Assembly: GCF_037042905.1 (NCBI RefSeq)
Contig: NC_087247.1
Coordinates: 37,076,001 to 37,140,000, forward strand
DNA: 64,000 bases
Source of the DNA: Lytechinus pictus
Taxonomy: Eukaryota
Reading direction: 5' to 3'
Of this stretch, positions 50,456 to 64,000 are shown piece by piece. The position numbers were made by a program, and so were the translations under genes. Numbering within the stretch: position 1 is the first letter of the stretch; every line of letters starts with the position of its first letter. The notes beneath the pieces were generated by a model that had not been told where the DNA came from, searched no databases, and saw only the letters and a list, made by a program, of their open reading frames with translations.

Positions 50456-50562
50456 CCATCCTCGGAAAATTAAAAGTTACAAATTTATTTCAAACATGTT
50501 AAAGGTTACCATCCTCGGAAAATTAAAAGTTACAAATTTATTTCAAACATGTTAAAGGTTAC
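50456..50562. repeat. Perfect tandem duplication, 2 x 53 bp
   Basis: CCATCCTCGGAAAATTAAAAGTTACAAATTTATTTCAAACATGTTAAAGGTTA at 50456 and 50509. Confidence 0.97.
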
Positions 50563-51623
50563 TGTGTCATATTCCTCTGACATACATTAAAAAATCACTG
50601 TTTGCATTATTCTTTTCTCATAATCTTGAGGATGAAACAAGGCAATATTTCTTAAAGAGATATAAGAGATTATGATTAAATAGAAAGAACTTTGAGGGGG
50701 TTTTGTTTAATGAAGAGTCTGCCTACGGACCTCCCAGGGTCTTCATATATTCTCATTATATTACCAGAATTCACAATGATCATAACTCTCTTTCTAAATT
50801 CAAATACCCCCCTCCCCCCGGATCTGATGACTTTTGGGGGGTTTGCCTTTTTTGTATTTATTTTTGTTTGTTTTTGGTCAGAAAGTTTCAACAGGAAAGT
50901 GTTCCTAGATTGGCATTTTCAAGTATTCCAATGCCCCTATCTTCATTGCTAGATTAAATAGGAAATTTATTCAGGACTATGGGTGAGGTTAACTGGATTT
51001 TATACAATGGGAGTATATGATTTTCATAACCCATGCCTACCAACTAATATCGTATCATAGCAATTAGTCACATTGCTATCAAATCTAATTCCAAAACTTC
51101 AATAATGTAGCTGATACAAGATTTGGTTCTTGCAAGGCCTGATTTAAAGGCATAAGCTAGTATAAAATGATAAACTTACCTTCTGGTTCTGAAAATACTA
51201 TAATTAACCATTTACCATACACCAGTTAGGTCACATGATAACCTTGTGCACTCCCCCTAACCCTATTTTAGTCATTTCTGGTTTTCAATGCCTCTTTGAC
51301 ATCTGTTCTGATAGACAAATGTCACAGTTGCATACACTATCCTTTGTCCATAACCACATTAATCAAAGTGTGATGAATATATGAAAGCATGAGTCATGAT
51401 TCAGCAATAAATCACAGAATTAGGGGAGGATCCTCCTAACTAGATGAATAAGTTTGAAGCAAGTAAAGAGGAACTTTGACAAACAGTTAAAGTAATATTA
51501 CGCCAACTTTAAAGGGATACCCTTGTCAAACGTGCATAATTTAATGATGGTTCTTGTCGATCTGACCTGAAAACTTGATCTTCATTTCACTGTTTTATAG
51601 GCATGACATAGAGCATGACATTC

Positions 51624-51714
51624 TGGAGAACGTGAACATGGCTCCACTGTTTCTAGGCATGAATTGAAGCAAAATTATCTGTAGAATGTGGACCTAGCTC
51701 CACTGTTTCTAGGC
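51624..51714. repeat. Diverged tandem duplication, period 56 bp
   Basis: GCTCCACTGTTTCTAGGC at 51641-51658 and 51697-51714 with similar upstream sequence. Confidence 0.8.
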
Positions 51715-52932
51715 CTTTACCCCAGTAGGGATTATATGACTTGCAATGTGCGACAGGCAGATCTCTTGCAATCTCCATACTCCATCCCTCCTAACATCAT
51801 TATAACCCACAAAGAGCTACTAACAGTACACTAATGAGCTCCCTGTTGGATATCCTATTAAAGGTAATGCTCGATATGAACAGACCATTGCATATAAGTG
51901 ACAGATTCAGAACACAGGATGAATGAGGAACGTGTCCACATCCCCCATGAATTACAATGAGACAGTGACATTGTCTCACCTCCAATAAAATTGTGTCCTT
52001 ACAATTGACCCAACACTTGAAAAACATAAGAAACATTTCGAACTGGCCAGAGGAATTAGAAAAAGAAAACAACATCCCCCTGACTCCCATTTGGTACAAT
52101 GGTAACTTCACATCAGATGAAGATAACCTTTGTTTAACCCATTGCCACCTGGAACCGGTGATTTCTCTGCATCACCTATGGGAATTCCAGGATTCAGTGA
52201 TCAACAGATTAATACCGCTCAAAATAAAATCCACTTATTTCAAGAAGCTCAAAATAATGATACTATAAATATTTCAAAAGGAATATACATGGAGGTTGTG
52301 AATTAAATTTACACTTTGATCATCAAGGACACTATCATGATTGGTGTCATCATCTCTGTATTCTTTAATCATATGCTATTGCCACAGTTTTATCATGGCC
52401 AGGAGAGGACTTTCATGGTCATTATTCAAATAATTCAACACTGATCCTACTTATATTATAAGGCTTTTGCAAAATCAATTTAATTTGTCCCCCATTGCTT
52501 TTAGTACCAAGAGTACAGTTAAATTGCTTATCAAAATTCATAAACTGCCAACAAAGGAAGACTGATAATCAAGGTGTTACAGTTTCATTATCAATCTTGA
52601 CTGAATAACCAATCCTCAAATGTCACAATTGATTTAACAAGGGTAATTACCTTGTTAATCTATTATCACCTTTGGAGAGGGCATGATATATCACATGACT
52701 CATATGATACAACTGACTGGAAAGAGAGTCCATTCGAACAGCATTTATTTGTAGCCAACTGGTCAAAAAGGGCATGAATATACTTCATTCCCATCTTGAA
52801 TTCAGAATCTTAGTATGGATAATATCTGAAGTCAAAATACCAAGACTTGAATCATAGTGAATGTAGCCCTTCCTTTACTATGCCACTGCTATGCCTCTGA
52901 AGAGACAATAAAGAGGGGTATTGACAACTTAC

Positions 52933-52973
52933 CTAACGTGTCACAATCAGGCCCTGAGCGACATATATCTTCC
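52933..52973 (-). CDS. ADAMTS9: ADAMTS9/20-like exon, 41 nt: (R)EDICRSGPDCDTLG, metalloprotease domain
   Basis: tttgcag|G...TTAG|gtaagt; phase 2 in, phase 1 out; matches the conserved DIC...CDTLG segment. Confidence 0.9.
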
Positions 52974-55900
52974 CTGCAAATAGACAGAAATATGATAGTA
53001 ATATCATTACATGAAACAATAAAATGTAGGTCATAATATACTGCAGTCATATCTTCATTATTCTTAGATTAACAAAGCTCATTTCATTCAAAAATATATT
53101 GAAAATTAAAATTATTTATCTTGGCACAAAAATGCCAATAGATGGTATTTTACATAATGAAATGAAAACGATATTTGATATTGAACACCTGGATTACTTT
53201 AACAAAAAAAATCACAATTATGAGCACTAGGACACTCTGAGCAGTACCAACTTCACCTCTATTTATAGAAATCAAAGCTCATACATGATTTTACAACACA
53301 AACGTACATATCAGCTTCCTGGAGACATTGCCTCTGACATTATGGGGAGACTAATTCAGGTTATACTATTCTTTTCCTTAATCTGGAGCTGTCTTCTGGA
53401 ATCTTGTAAACATGGCTACGTGACACAAAGCATGGTCATTTAATTCTTCATACGCACACACACATACACACCCACAAAAACCCACACAACATGAACACAT
53501 TCTTCAAACTGAAAGAAAATAGGGAATAGGGGATGAGAGGGATGTGTATGATGTGTAGGGGAGCCTGTAACTGTGACACTTTTCAACCGCTTGATCTGGG
53601 TCAGGCTGAAATCCAGAGACATTCTTGTTGGGGGTTGTTAGCATGCCACGGCCAGGTTGACTGGCTCAAACTAGCAAGGCAAAGTTTATTTGGGTTGCTC
53701 CTAAAATCATATATCATGGCGACAAACCAACCAGTGGCAGACCACAGTTTGCTTGGGAAGATTCCTCAGGAATTTAAAGGGACTGCCATAATCAAGGAAG
53801 GTACACAGCCAGTAATGCGGACATCATACGAAAGCATGCGATTCTTCAACATCTAATGAAGATCTTGTATTAGGCAATGTATATGAACACTTTAAACCAG
53901 GCTTTGAAACAGAGCCCCACTTTTGATTGCAAGACTGGATTTCATGACTGATTGCAGTAATTTATAAAATCTGTATTCAATTTTTGAGTTACCAAGGCCA
54001 AGAAACAAGTAAATGGGGTTTGAAACTTGAAAGCATATCTGTTCAATGAGTAACATTCTCATTCAAAATTCCAAACTGCCTCATTCATTAATGTTTAAGT
54101 GTCAACCAATTAAACATGTTGATATGTAATTCATTTATATCCATATCACAATCTCTGAATGGTTACGCAAAATAATTTTCATCTAAAAATTTTTCGGCTT
54201 GTCCTCTTGTTTAGGCATTCTCAAAATTGCTTGAATATCATCAAACAAAACCACATGTTTCAACCATAAGGTATGGATTCTTGTTAAGAAAAGGAATAGG
54301 GATCAACCACTGGTGCTAATTTGGTAACCACAAGTTTCCCAGCACCCACTGGGAGTTCAATTACTTCATTCTCATGGGTCAAGTTTGAAGGTCAATAAGC
54401 AGGGCGGGGGCCTTAAGTGAGCAGGCCCCCTCATTTCCTCGTTTACCCTTCTGTCTTAATCACTTACACAGAAAAGTAAACTTAGAGGAGTGTCAGAATT
54501 GTAAGACAGAGTAAGAGTGCTTCATTGATATCAAGGAGAAATCAGTTTGTTATTTATTTGACTTCAAGCATTTGGTACGTACTGTAGCTATAATGTGAGG
54601 GAAGGAAACACATGGGTGATAAACACTTAATTTATTGTTATGCAAATTGATGCTCCCTCCATATGCAACTACCATGGGTCAGTAAGAATATTTATATATC
54701 TGTGTAAATTCTTGACAAAGTTCACGAGAGGCCAGTTTTTAAATGTCTTTAGTTTCAAGGATTCAAGAGAGAATAGGGCAAGTATATTCTAAACTTTTTA
54801 AAGAAAGGAAAATAAACTCTTCTCAAGGATACCATCAATATTTCCTCAGGACCTCTCAGATCCAAGGTTAAATGGACGGGAGGGTTAATAGCATGTTAAA
54901 CAACAACATTGCATGTTGTGGGCGCTATTGGTAATGTAGATAGAGCTCAATGGATAGAAAATATAAGATTAGGAGACAAGACCCATGGCTTTGATGTGAA
55001 GTGACTGTGAGGTTGAGCTCTTCAGCGATAGACTAGATCCCGCTGAGAGCATTACAGCAGCTGTATTCTGCACCTAATCACAGGAATGTGGGGTGAGGTA
55101 TAGTCCCACACATAGCTTTACATGTCGGTAGTAATGTAACATAGGTATGACCTCACAAGGTGCCAATTACATGCTGAGAATGTTGCGCATTCTGAGGGAA
55201 GTAATCTGCTCCCACCATTTCCGACAGTACCAAGAGAAAGAGAGGCTTCTTTTCAAAGACCAATGCAAAGTACTTCTTCTCTTTGAGAGATAACATTACT
55301 TGAATACTGGTGTAGATACTGATTTGAAATGTAAATATGCCTTTCTCTCAACAACTATTTATTTAGGAAATCAACACCCTATATCAATTTCGTTGGTAAA
55401 CATAAATTGCTCATAATGTTCATACAGAGCAAACAAAAATGTTCTGAGTAACACTGTCTTTGGTCTTTTGCATTCAGGCACTTACATTGCACATGAATGC
55501 ATTGATTTTTTTTATGCAGCTTATCGGTATATAGGCACGTGTGTATATTTTTCTAAATCAAATGAAAATAAATGAATCCTCCATCTCCCAACATTTCCCT
55601 TCTAAATGTTAAATAAAGAAAAGCCATCCGTTAATGCATCCAACTTCTCATTTTTCCCTCACTAGGCACTAACAAGAAGGATGATCAGTTTATCTTAGAG
55701 TTCACAAAGTTCATACCCCTAATTACGTCAATATATCAACCATGTTGTCTCCTTGTAGTTGATACATAAACCTCAGACTTTATTCCACCTGACACAACAT
55801 CTGGATTATCCTTGTCATGTACTTTGTGGGATAATGCTAACTCATTTTCCTGTTGACATCGGTCGAAGAGGAGTTTGCCGCTATCCGTCTGCCTCATGTA

Positions 55901-57381
55901 TGTACTCACTTTGCACTGTGGCAAAGTAGATATTGTTGCTTTTTGAAAAGCAAAATTCAAGGTTTTTATAGTATGTTTTAAGCACTAGAGTTACCATTTC
56001 TTTGGAAACAAAAGGAACACACGGAATGGTCATACAATGAACATGTTTTTTTTTCTTTAAATCATAAAAGAGAAAGGAGATGATAAACGATGAAGGATAT
56101 TTAAAGGACCCTTTTTAAAAAGACAAATGTGTTTGTGATTACTATAACCAATGAATGATATTGGAAAGACACTTTTAAGAGGACACATTCTTTGAGATGA
56201 TAATAACCATTGGAGGATATGAAAAAAAGAGACATCACATTTAACCTGCTCTGTTCTAAAAACTTTACAATTTCATTTCCTACCATTGAAAAAAGAGTAA
56301 TCTTTCAAACAACAAAGACATAACAAGGAGCGATTATTCTCTGTATTACTACATTAGGTTATATGGGTTGCCATGCACAATGATCGCTACAACAGCAGAT
56401 TTTCCTCAATTTAGAGAGCTTCAGGTATCAGCTGGAGAGATGCAGTCCACAAAGATTTCCTTCTTTAGATCTCTTCCTGTCTCCAGACCCTAAATCTCTT
56501 GCTAAATGAAGATAAACATCTTACCAACAAAGGTCCTGGTTAAAGCCAAAGTCTGGTTTTGGTCGAGTCTCAAAAATGATTTGTAAGAGATTCTTAGTTG
56601 CAGCAAATAAAATAAAGATTTAGTTACCATTATAATATTCATCCAGATGATCAATCAACAAACAAGAGGTGAGGAGTGTCTTATGATGAAGCATATCAGT
56701 GATTTTTACTGATGAATTCACTCTGAGTCAATCTGATAAAAAGATTTTCAATAGCTAATATCAAATATCAGTAAAAATCATTGCTCTCCAGATATAGAGT
56801 CTACAATAAATGTATCCATTACCATTAAACTCCAGATCTTATGCATACACATCGGCACAGAAAGAAACAAATGAGAGACACCTCTGCTCAAAGCTTCAAG
56901 CGAAGCACTGAGAATCAAATGATCCAAATGGTCAACTTCAAAAACCCTTGCAGAAGTTAAAATTGACCGTTGGGCTGCAAATTACATTTCAGACATGTAC
57001 ACTGTACTTCACCAGAAATCTAGAATAAAATCTTGCACAAGTATCTTCAACTCTATCTAGTCCGCTTCAGATCAATATTCTTTCTGTTGCCATGGTTGGA
57101 CGTTATCTTTAAGGAACGAGGGTTCAGGATGCTTGGTATCATAATGAGTATCTTTCATCTGGAGGATCTTAAGAGGTCATACCCTTGTCTTCAGACTGCT
57201 AACAATCTTTAACATATGCGACTGGGATGGAGAAGATCATCAATGAATCATGGCAAATCTTCACGTTTGTGACCTGCCGTCCTACAAATCACTGGTTGAA
57301 GGTGGACATACACTGCCAGATCACTTTCCTTCATCACCTGAATCTTATACAGTGGTCAGTTTTTAGAAACAGTTTTATGGT

Positions 57382-57831
57382 TAATGATGTTCAACCCCAA
57401 CAAAACGATTTAGTGGAAAATAGCAGAACAAATAATTTAAAAATATTGCCGAAGGTTTGAAAAAATACATCAAAGAATTATTTCATTTGTTACATCATAT
57501 GCAAGCAGCATTCCTACATAGCGAATGGTAAAAAAAATCAATAAATTGTACTGTACCTTTTTGTATATCAATAAAAAAAATCATTTCACACCCGATAATG
57601 AAAAGAAACAGATAAGTCATAAGGAACCATTTAAAAAATGAAATTCATGCATTTTATATTACATAACCATATGAGGCAGCTGCTCGTTTATGATGTAACA
57701 GATTTGAAACTTTAAATTCTAATAACTTTTTTAATCATTAACAAATTTTCCTCAAACCTTCCCAAGATTTTTAATCATTTTTTCTGCTATTTTTACAAAG
57801 TACTTTTCTTCAGGGTGAACTTCCCCTTTAA
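57382..57831. mobile_element. Kolobok-like MITE, left end decayed
   Basis: Right end CAGGGTGAACTTCCCCT|TTAA; inverted internal arms (GAAGGTTTGA / TCAAACCTTC; ACATCATATGCAAGCAGC / GCTGCTCGTTTATGATGT); a similar right end lies at ~46847-46867. Confidence 0.7.
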
Positions 57832-59283
57832 AGTTGAATATCTCTCATTTCACAATGTGATCCAGGTAGTACAGGTCATCTTGGAGTGTAGCTATGAATG
57901 TCAAGACCAAAAGCAGACAAATGCAGTGATTTTCTAGAATAATGAGATCTCTGTTGTGTTCAAAGGATTTTTAACATCCATGACCATGGTTCTACAGTTA
58001 TGATCAGATTTCTAAGGTCTTTAACACAAATCTTATCTATTATAAATTTTGCTAAAATACATTTTACAACACTGGAAAAAAATTATAAATCAAATCAAAT
58101 CATCTACATATGTAAATGAATGTTTGTATCATTTCCAAAGGCCTGTATAAAAAAATGAATGTATAATTTGTAGATTGCCAGACTGACCAAATGAGGAGAC
58201 TCATGACCTTTTTTATTGACCAAGAGTAACTGCGAAAGTTTATTATAACCGTAAGAATACAGACTTTTCGTAACTATTTTTAGAGCTGTTAAAAATTGAC
58301 AGAACATGCATGAACCTTCATGTAGGTCTGCTCTCCTATATTTTGTAGGCCCATTCTCTGGTGAAGAAAATACTGTTTGAGTTACATCTCTAGAAACTGA
58401 ACATCAATTTTCACCTGAAAAGTAACTAGATACTAGAAGGTATTAATGTCCATGGAAGTAATGCGATAATAGAGTCAAGCTATCATCAGATTATCTTGAG
58501 ATTCAGAGAAGTAATCACAAAGACATTTACGCCATGTAAAGGTATAGACCCTATTGAAGACCACCTCTACCATCACACATGTAGATCTATATTAACCTAG
58601 TGAGAAAAGAAAACCATTCATTTGACTTTTTAAGTATAATTACACCATTCCAGTTCAAATCAACAAGCTCAGTTACATGCAATCACAGCCAGGAGAATGA
58701 CTTCATCAATATAAATCAAATTTAATTTCATTCAACCCAACCTACATCGTTGTTGGCTGGTAATGTTACAATAATCTCTTCTTACTTTCTTACAATGGAC
58801 CATAGGTCTTTAACGTGGATAAGTAGAAAATTATCTCTACAGGTAGAAATGGAGAAGTTCTGAAACCTTACAATATTACAACTGGATTACCAAGCTTATT
58901 TCTTAAACAGAGTTAATCTTATGACTCCCAGGGCAATCAAAATTAGGGTATATGACAAATATTGTAATTGCTTCTTTTTTTTCAAAAATGTGCTCAAATT
59001 TCTATGGCTTCTTTTTCAACTTTCATACAATCACCATGATCACCCAAGAAACTTTAAACCTTTTACCCTCTCTTTTTCTGTATTTCTTTATTTCACACAC
59101 ATTTGAGTTGGATGACCTAGTATTCAAACTTGCCTCCTGTAAACTAATCTCACAGCTCCCAATATTTTTCCTTTTCTTCCTCTCTGCAAGTGACCCTTCC
59201 CAAGTTTCATCTCCAATTTTCCGCTCTTCACAAACCCCTTCCTCCACCCTTTCAGCCTTTCTCCTTCCGAGTGACTGACAGTA

Positions 59284-59771
59284 GGTGGTTTCAAACCGCC
59301 TCGATCACAATAATCCCCGTTAAATTACGAGAACTTTTTTAGGCTGAAAAATACCCATTAATTATTCCTGCATTCACACCGCCCTGAAACATACCCTTCG
59401 GGATAAGTTCCTGAAGTAGTTCCTGAAGTTACGAGCATGCGCAGTATGGTCTGATAAGCAGCAAGGCGCGAAATTCAAAATCACTAGCCCAGCAGCAACC
59501 CATGCACGGCGCCGCACCCAACGACACGCTGGGCTAAAAGTTCCCGTAATTTGCTTTCAGACCGCCAAAATACCCACGACCTTGGAAAAATCCCCGCGAA
59601 AGTTCTCGTAATTTCGCCAAGTACCTACTATTTATCGGGTATTATCTTTCGGGGATATTACGCGTAGTTTGCTTTCACACCGCCAAAATACCTGGTATTT
59701 TCTGATCGGGGTAAATTTCCCGATCAGAGAATACCTGGAACTGGCGAACTTCGAGGCGGTCTGAAACCACC
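59284..59771. mobile_element. 488-bp TA-flanked MITE
   Basis: TIRs GGTGGTTTCAAACCGCCTCGA / TCGAGGCGGTCTGAAACCACC; internal repeats of TTTCA(G/C)ACCGCCAAAATACC. Confidence 0.9.
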
Positions 59772-60187
59772 TAATTTGCAAAGTGCCATGGTAATTTTCC
59801 AGCAAGAATTTTTTTTTTTTTACTGCTCTGCCACAATTTATGTTTCTGCCATTGCCAGATAAATGGGGCTATTACCCATCTCCTAACTTTAAAAAAAAAA
59901 TGTCTAGATCACCTTTGACCATTGACATTCTGACCCAAGTCAAGTTTAAAGCTGATCCTTCAACAGGTTATTTTCTTATTTCGTTATCACAAAAACAAGA
60001 CATTTTCATGTATGTCACGACCTCTGTGACCTTTGAACTCATGACTAGGCCTTATCCGTGACACCAAACATCTCATCAGATCATTCCCAGTCACACATAA
60101 ATGTCTGTAATAATCACCTTTACTAGGCTCTAGTAAAGAAAATTATGCAAAACAAATCATATTCACTTCGGCCTAGCAAGCATTTAA

Positions 60188-60587
60188 TACCCCTTTCATA
60201 AACCCAATAAAACCCAATTATGCGGCTAATAGCAGCATAATTTGGTCGTAAAATCAGAGGAGGACAAGAGTTATCCGCATTATTCTGATGCTGCTATTAT
60301 CCGCATAATAGCGGCATCGGGACAAGATTTTGAGTTTATGAACGTATTTCCAAATAATGCGGATAATTGCCATGGTGCGGTCACAAGGTCACCCTTTTCC
60401 AACACAACCGCATCGGAGGGGGCGTGTCCAGTTGTCATGACGATTATCCGCCTTTTTCAGGACGGGCGCTCGTAAAAATAATGCGGATAATTTTCGGAGT
60501 TTGTGAACGCAATTTTTATTGAATTATCCGCATTACTCTTAGGCGGCTAATTGGAGCATAGGTTTTATTGGGTTTATGAAAGGGGTA
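60188..60587 (+). mobile_element. 400-bp MITE, copy B
   Basis: Perfect 27-bp TIRs; TAA duplication at 60185-60187 and 60588-60590 (PIF/Harbinger-type); reverse complement of 45846-46245. Confidence 0.93.
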
Positions 60588-61962
60588 TAAGTGAATTTTC
60601 AATCAACTCCAATATTCAGGTCTGGCTACTTAACCCACAAAGTTCATTTAACTTGATACATAGAAGTGTGTGTTCAAATGAATTCTAACAATCTTGCTGC
60701 TGTAGAATCATCTTTTCAAAACCATATTATTTCAGAGATTCCTGCTTGTGTTTTGAAAGATCCTTTTCACCACTGAGAATTTGATCACACAAAACTGTGG
60801 TTTGAACTACTGTTAAACGTCTTTGAAAACCATGTTTCTAGGGTTAAAAACCATTGACTGAATGCAGCCCTATAAATGGTAGTAATCTCCATTCCTAATC
60901 AGTCCCAAAGGCAGGTTAAATCGTTTTATTGTAACTTATTAGTATTTCTACATAATCATTATTCAAGAGAGAGAGTAATACGTTACAAGTCTGCGAATAG
61001 AAAGGTTGAATTACAAATAAGGGTGAAATTTACAAAGGTTGACATTGAGTATATGAAAAAGAGGTCAGAATCTCTCCAAAATTGTTATCAATTAGCCTTC
61101 AATGAAGGCAACATTTAGCAATTAACCTTTACAAATTACAACACAAAGATATTAATGAATATCATCACCTAAACACACAAACACACAAATTTTGAATTTA
61201 ATCTGATTTAGATTCTAAGTAAACAAGGCCTTTGAGATCACAAAAATATGTACACATGGATAAAAAGGATTGTTGATTTAAAAGAATTTACCCCAGGAGA
61301 TTTTCTTTGTTATTGAACTCTCCTGTAATGAATACCCCCAATTACACATAGAAGACCTTCCTAAGTCAATTACAGAACAATGAAAGTATCACAATATCAG
61401 GGTAAACACTGAAAGTTCTAATTATCTTTCATATGAAACAAATTCTGGCAAATGAAGGCCAGACCTGTTTTCTGCACGGAATGATATTCACAACCTAAAA
61501 AAAAAACATGGTCACACTCATGTTCCCTGTGCTCACAGAGCATGGATCATCGACAAAATAATCAGATGTGCGTGATGTCGGACAATAGAACATAAACCAC
61601 AATGTGAGTTGATATTAACCATGATTCAGTCATACCCTCTATGAATCAGACACATTGCAGACATGGATTTAGGATAGATCTCAATTGTGGGATTAGAAAA
61701 TGAATATAGACAGTTGTAGGATGATCGGTAATTCTATTACTAAAGAAAGGCTCCTCAGATATCCACACTTAGTTCTTTCTAACGCTACATTTTAATTAGT
61801 GAATAAAAAAACAAAGTTCCTGAATAACATCCACCTCTTCAATGAGATCACTTTGAGTACCCTTACAATGGAAGATGAAATTTGAGAATGCTCTGTGAAG
61901 TAATAGAATATCTATTTCTCACTAAAATCATATAAGATTTTTTAATGGTTTGTAAACCTTAA

Positions 61963-62545
61963 AGGAGAATGAAACTCTTGGAGCAAGTTAGCTTTTGTGA
62001 AAGCAGAAAAATCAAAGAATAAGATCAACAAAACTTTGAGTAAAATAGGACTAGCAATAAAAGAGTTATGAGCATTTAAATGTCGAGATCACTAATGCTA
62101 TGGAGATCCTCCCATTGGCAATGCGACCAAGATCTGTGATGTCACACACGTACAACTCTCCCATTTGGACACTGAAAATATACCCCAAAACATCTCTTTT
62201 TGCTCATTCTAATCATATGACAAACGATTCATCAATGATATAATGTTGTGAAACCTCTGTACTTGTCATCTCATACAGAGAACACCTCACCTTGTGATAG
62301 ACTCTATAAAAGTGAGAATATAAGTGAAATAAGTACTAAAGTAATGAGGGAGTTGTACGTGTGTGATATCACGGATCTTGGTCGCATTGCCGATGGGAGG
62401 ATCTACATGGCACTAGTGATCTCAATATTCAAATGCTCATAACTTTCTTATTATTCATTTAATCTTCCTCAAACTTTCAACAAAATGTTTCTTTGATTTT
62501 TCTCTTTGATATGGATTCAGCTGGTTTCAAGGGTTTCATTCTCCT
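61963..62545. mobile_element. Kolobok-like fold-back MITE, 583 bp
   Basis: TTAA duplication at 61959-61962 and 62546-62549; TIRs AGGAGAATGAAAC / GTTTCATTCTCCT; ~200-bp imperfect arms (GCAATGCGACCAAGATC / GATCTTGGTCGCATTGC). Confidence 0.92.
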
Positions 62546-64000
62546 TTAATTAATTAACATTATTGTTATATTGGCATTGCTACATGTAGTATTATACTGA
62601 ATTTGACATGGCGATACAGTGACATCTTCCAGGGGGGCTCTCTTTAATAAACATAGATACACATGTATATCCCCAGCCAGAGATGATGATGATGTACATT
62701 TGTTAATTGACTGGTCTTGTTTGATGGCTCTACCAGACTCGTCAGGTCCATTAATGCCTGGATGAAGTGATGTCGGGACATGAAGAAGGGGGGTGTGACG
62801 CAGGAATCAAGCCGATGTTGAGAATGATAGTGACATGTAGGAGCGGTCTGAGTACATAGATGACATAGCCAAGATTCCAGCCATTGTCGAGGCGTCACTA
62901 CCTTACTCCGTCAGCACAGACGTGGATGGCGGCTACCCTTCTTCATTTGTAATTCTAACTTATCCTATTTGAATGAGAAATGGGTCAGCTTTCCTTCTCA
63001 AATTTTCATCTTATGAGTAAAAAAAGTAAAAGAAAGTAGGTCATGACTTTTGCTCTACTTATTTATTTTCCTCATAATCCTCTTTACAAAGATCTTTTTA
63101 ATCAAGCTCATGCTCTGACATCTACCATGGGCAGAGCATTTTGATTCTCATTTTCATTTACATTTAAACAAACATTCTATCTAAAACTAAATACTGTCTA
63201 TGAATAAGTGTGATGACAATTGACAGAGTGCAGTTTGAGAAGAGATCAATAGTGTCATTATATTAGAAGCAAAGAAAGTTAGTCAATATCTCCAAGAATT
63301 TCCATACAAGTAATGAAAATCCCACAAAAAATGGAACATACATTACTTCTCTTATTCCAAAAGGGCATGATATCATTCAAACAGGGGGCACTACTCAAAT
63401 GATAAAAGGGTACTGTCAATGTACATTAATGATTGAAGGAGGGGCACATGCCCCCTGTGTCTTACTCCGCTACCCCCCCCCCCCCTATCCATGCATGGTT
63501 GAAAGCAATTGGAATCAGAATTTCATCTTTACTATCACTACATGGGCTGCATAGACCACTGAATACCTTTTATAATCCTCATTTTTCTATAACTATGATC
63601 ACACAAGAGCAACCCCATGCTCTGGTTTGGCATTCCATCACATGGTGGCTAAAGTTCTATCAACTTCCTCAGGATGGATAAAGATTTCAATTTAGAAGGA
63701 CTAGTAAGATGCAACCAGAGGGCATACTTGTCTACCAACTTGGAATAAGCTGGATCTTCAAGTCTAGGAACCTCTTCACATTCACTTTCCTAAACCCATT
63801 CCCACCAAACCAAATCAATGAATTAGTTTTACTCTTCACAATCAAATTGTCAGTAAGATCGATCTTAATGCTATATGAACATTTGCAGTGCCTGGCAGTG
63901 GGGTCAAAGGTTCAGGCTTAATTTTAAGCCATAAAGGTTCGACTTGCCTTTCAATCTACACATATTTCCAGCACAACATGCTTGAAATACTTCTGGGTGA

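Larger units (their letters stand above)
430..52973 (-). other. ADAMTS9: ADAMTS9/20 (GON-1)-like metalloprotease gene, partial: span of 15 internal coding exons
   Basis: Exons join in frame at canonical GT-AG sites with matching phases. The domain order and motifs ([64 protein letters not shown]) match the ADAMTS9/20 group as I recall it. ADAMTS9 and ADAMTS20 cannot be separated for an invertebrate gene. Confidence 0.93.

Noticed and set aside
50456-51714. Direct repeats as a CRISPR array
   Set aside because: Only two units each, no unique spacers, no cas genes, and the context is a eukaryotic intron.

Overview
AT-rich eukaryotic genomic DNA, not prokaryotic. The repeat families suggest an invertebrate deuterostome, probably a sea urchin (inference). 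The whole window lies inside one large minus-strand gene, an ADAMTS9/20 (GON-1)-type secreted metalloprotease. I traced 15 consecutive GT-AG exons by hand (2014 coding nt, one continuous frame, 52973 down to 430). They cover the end of the catalytic domain (HELGHVFNMLHD, Met-turn), the disintegrin-like domain, central TSR, Cys-rich domain, spacer and first C-terminal TSRs. Both gene ends lie outside the window. The intron at 595-5335 holds a nearly complete, sense-oriented CR1-clade LINE (PHD-finger ORF1, APE+RT ORF2 with one 1-nt frameshift, 3' stem-loop, (ATG)n tail). The most notable observation is that ORF1 and ORF2 of this LINE are in the same frame, separated only by one UGA followed by CUA, a known stop-codon readthrough context, with a candidate stem 7 nt downstream. 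The other introns carry many fold-back MITEs (PIF/Harbinger-like, Kolobok-like, TA-flanked). Two ~98% identical 400-bp copies sit in inverted orientation either side of a 41-nt exon. Most short ORFs in the supplied track are noise.
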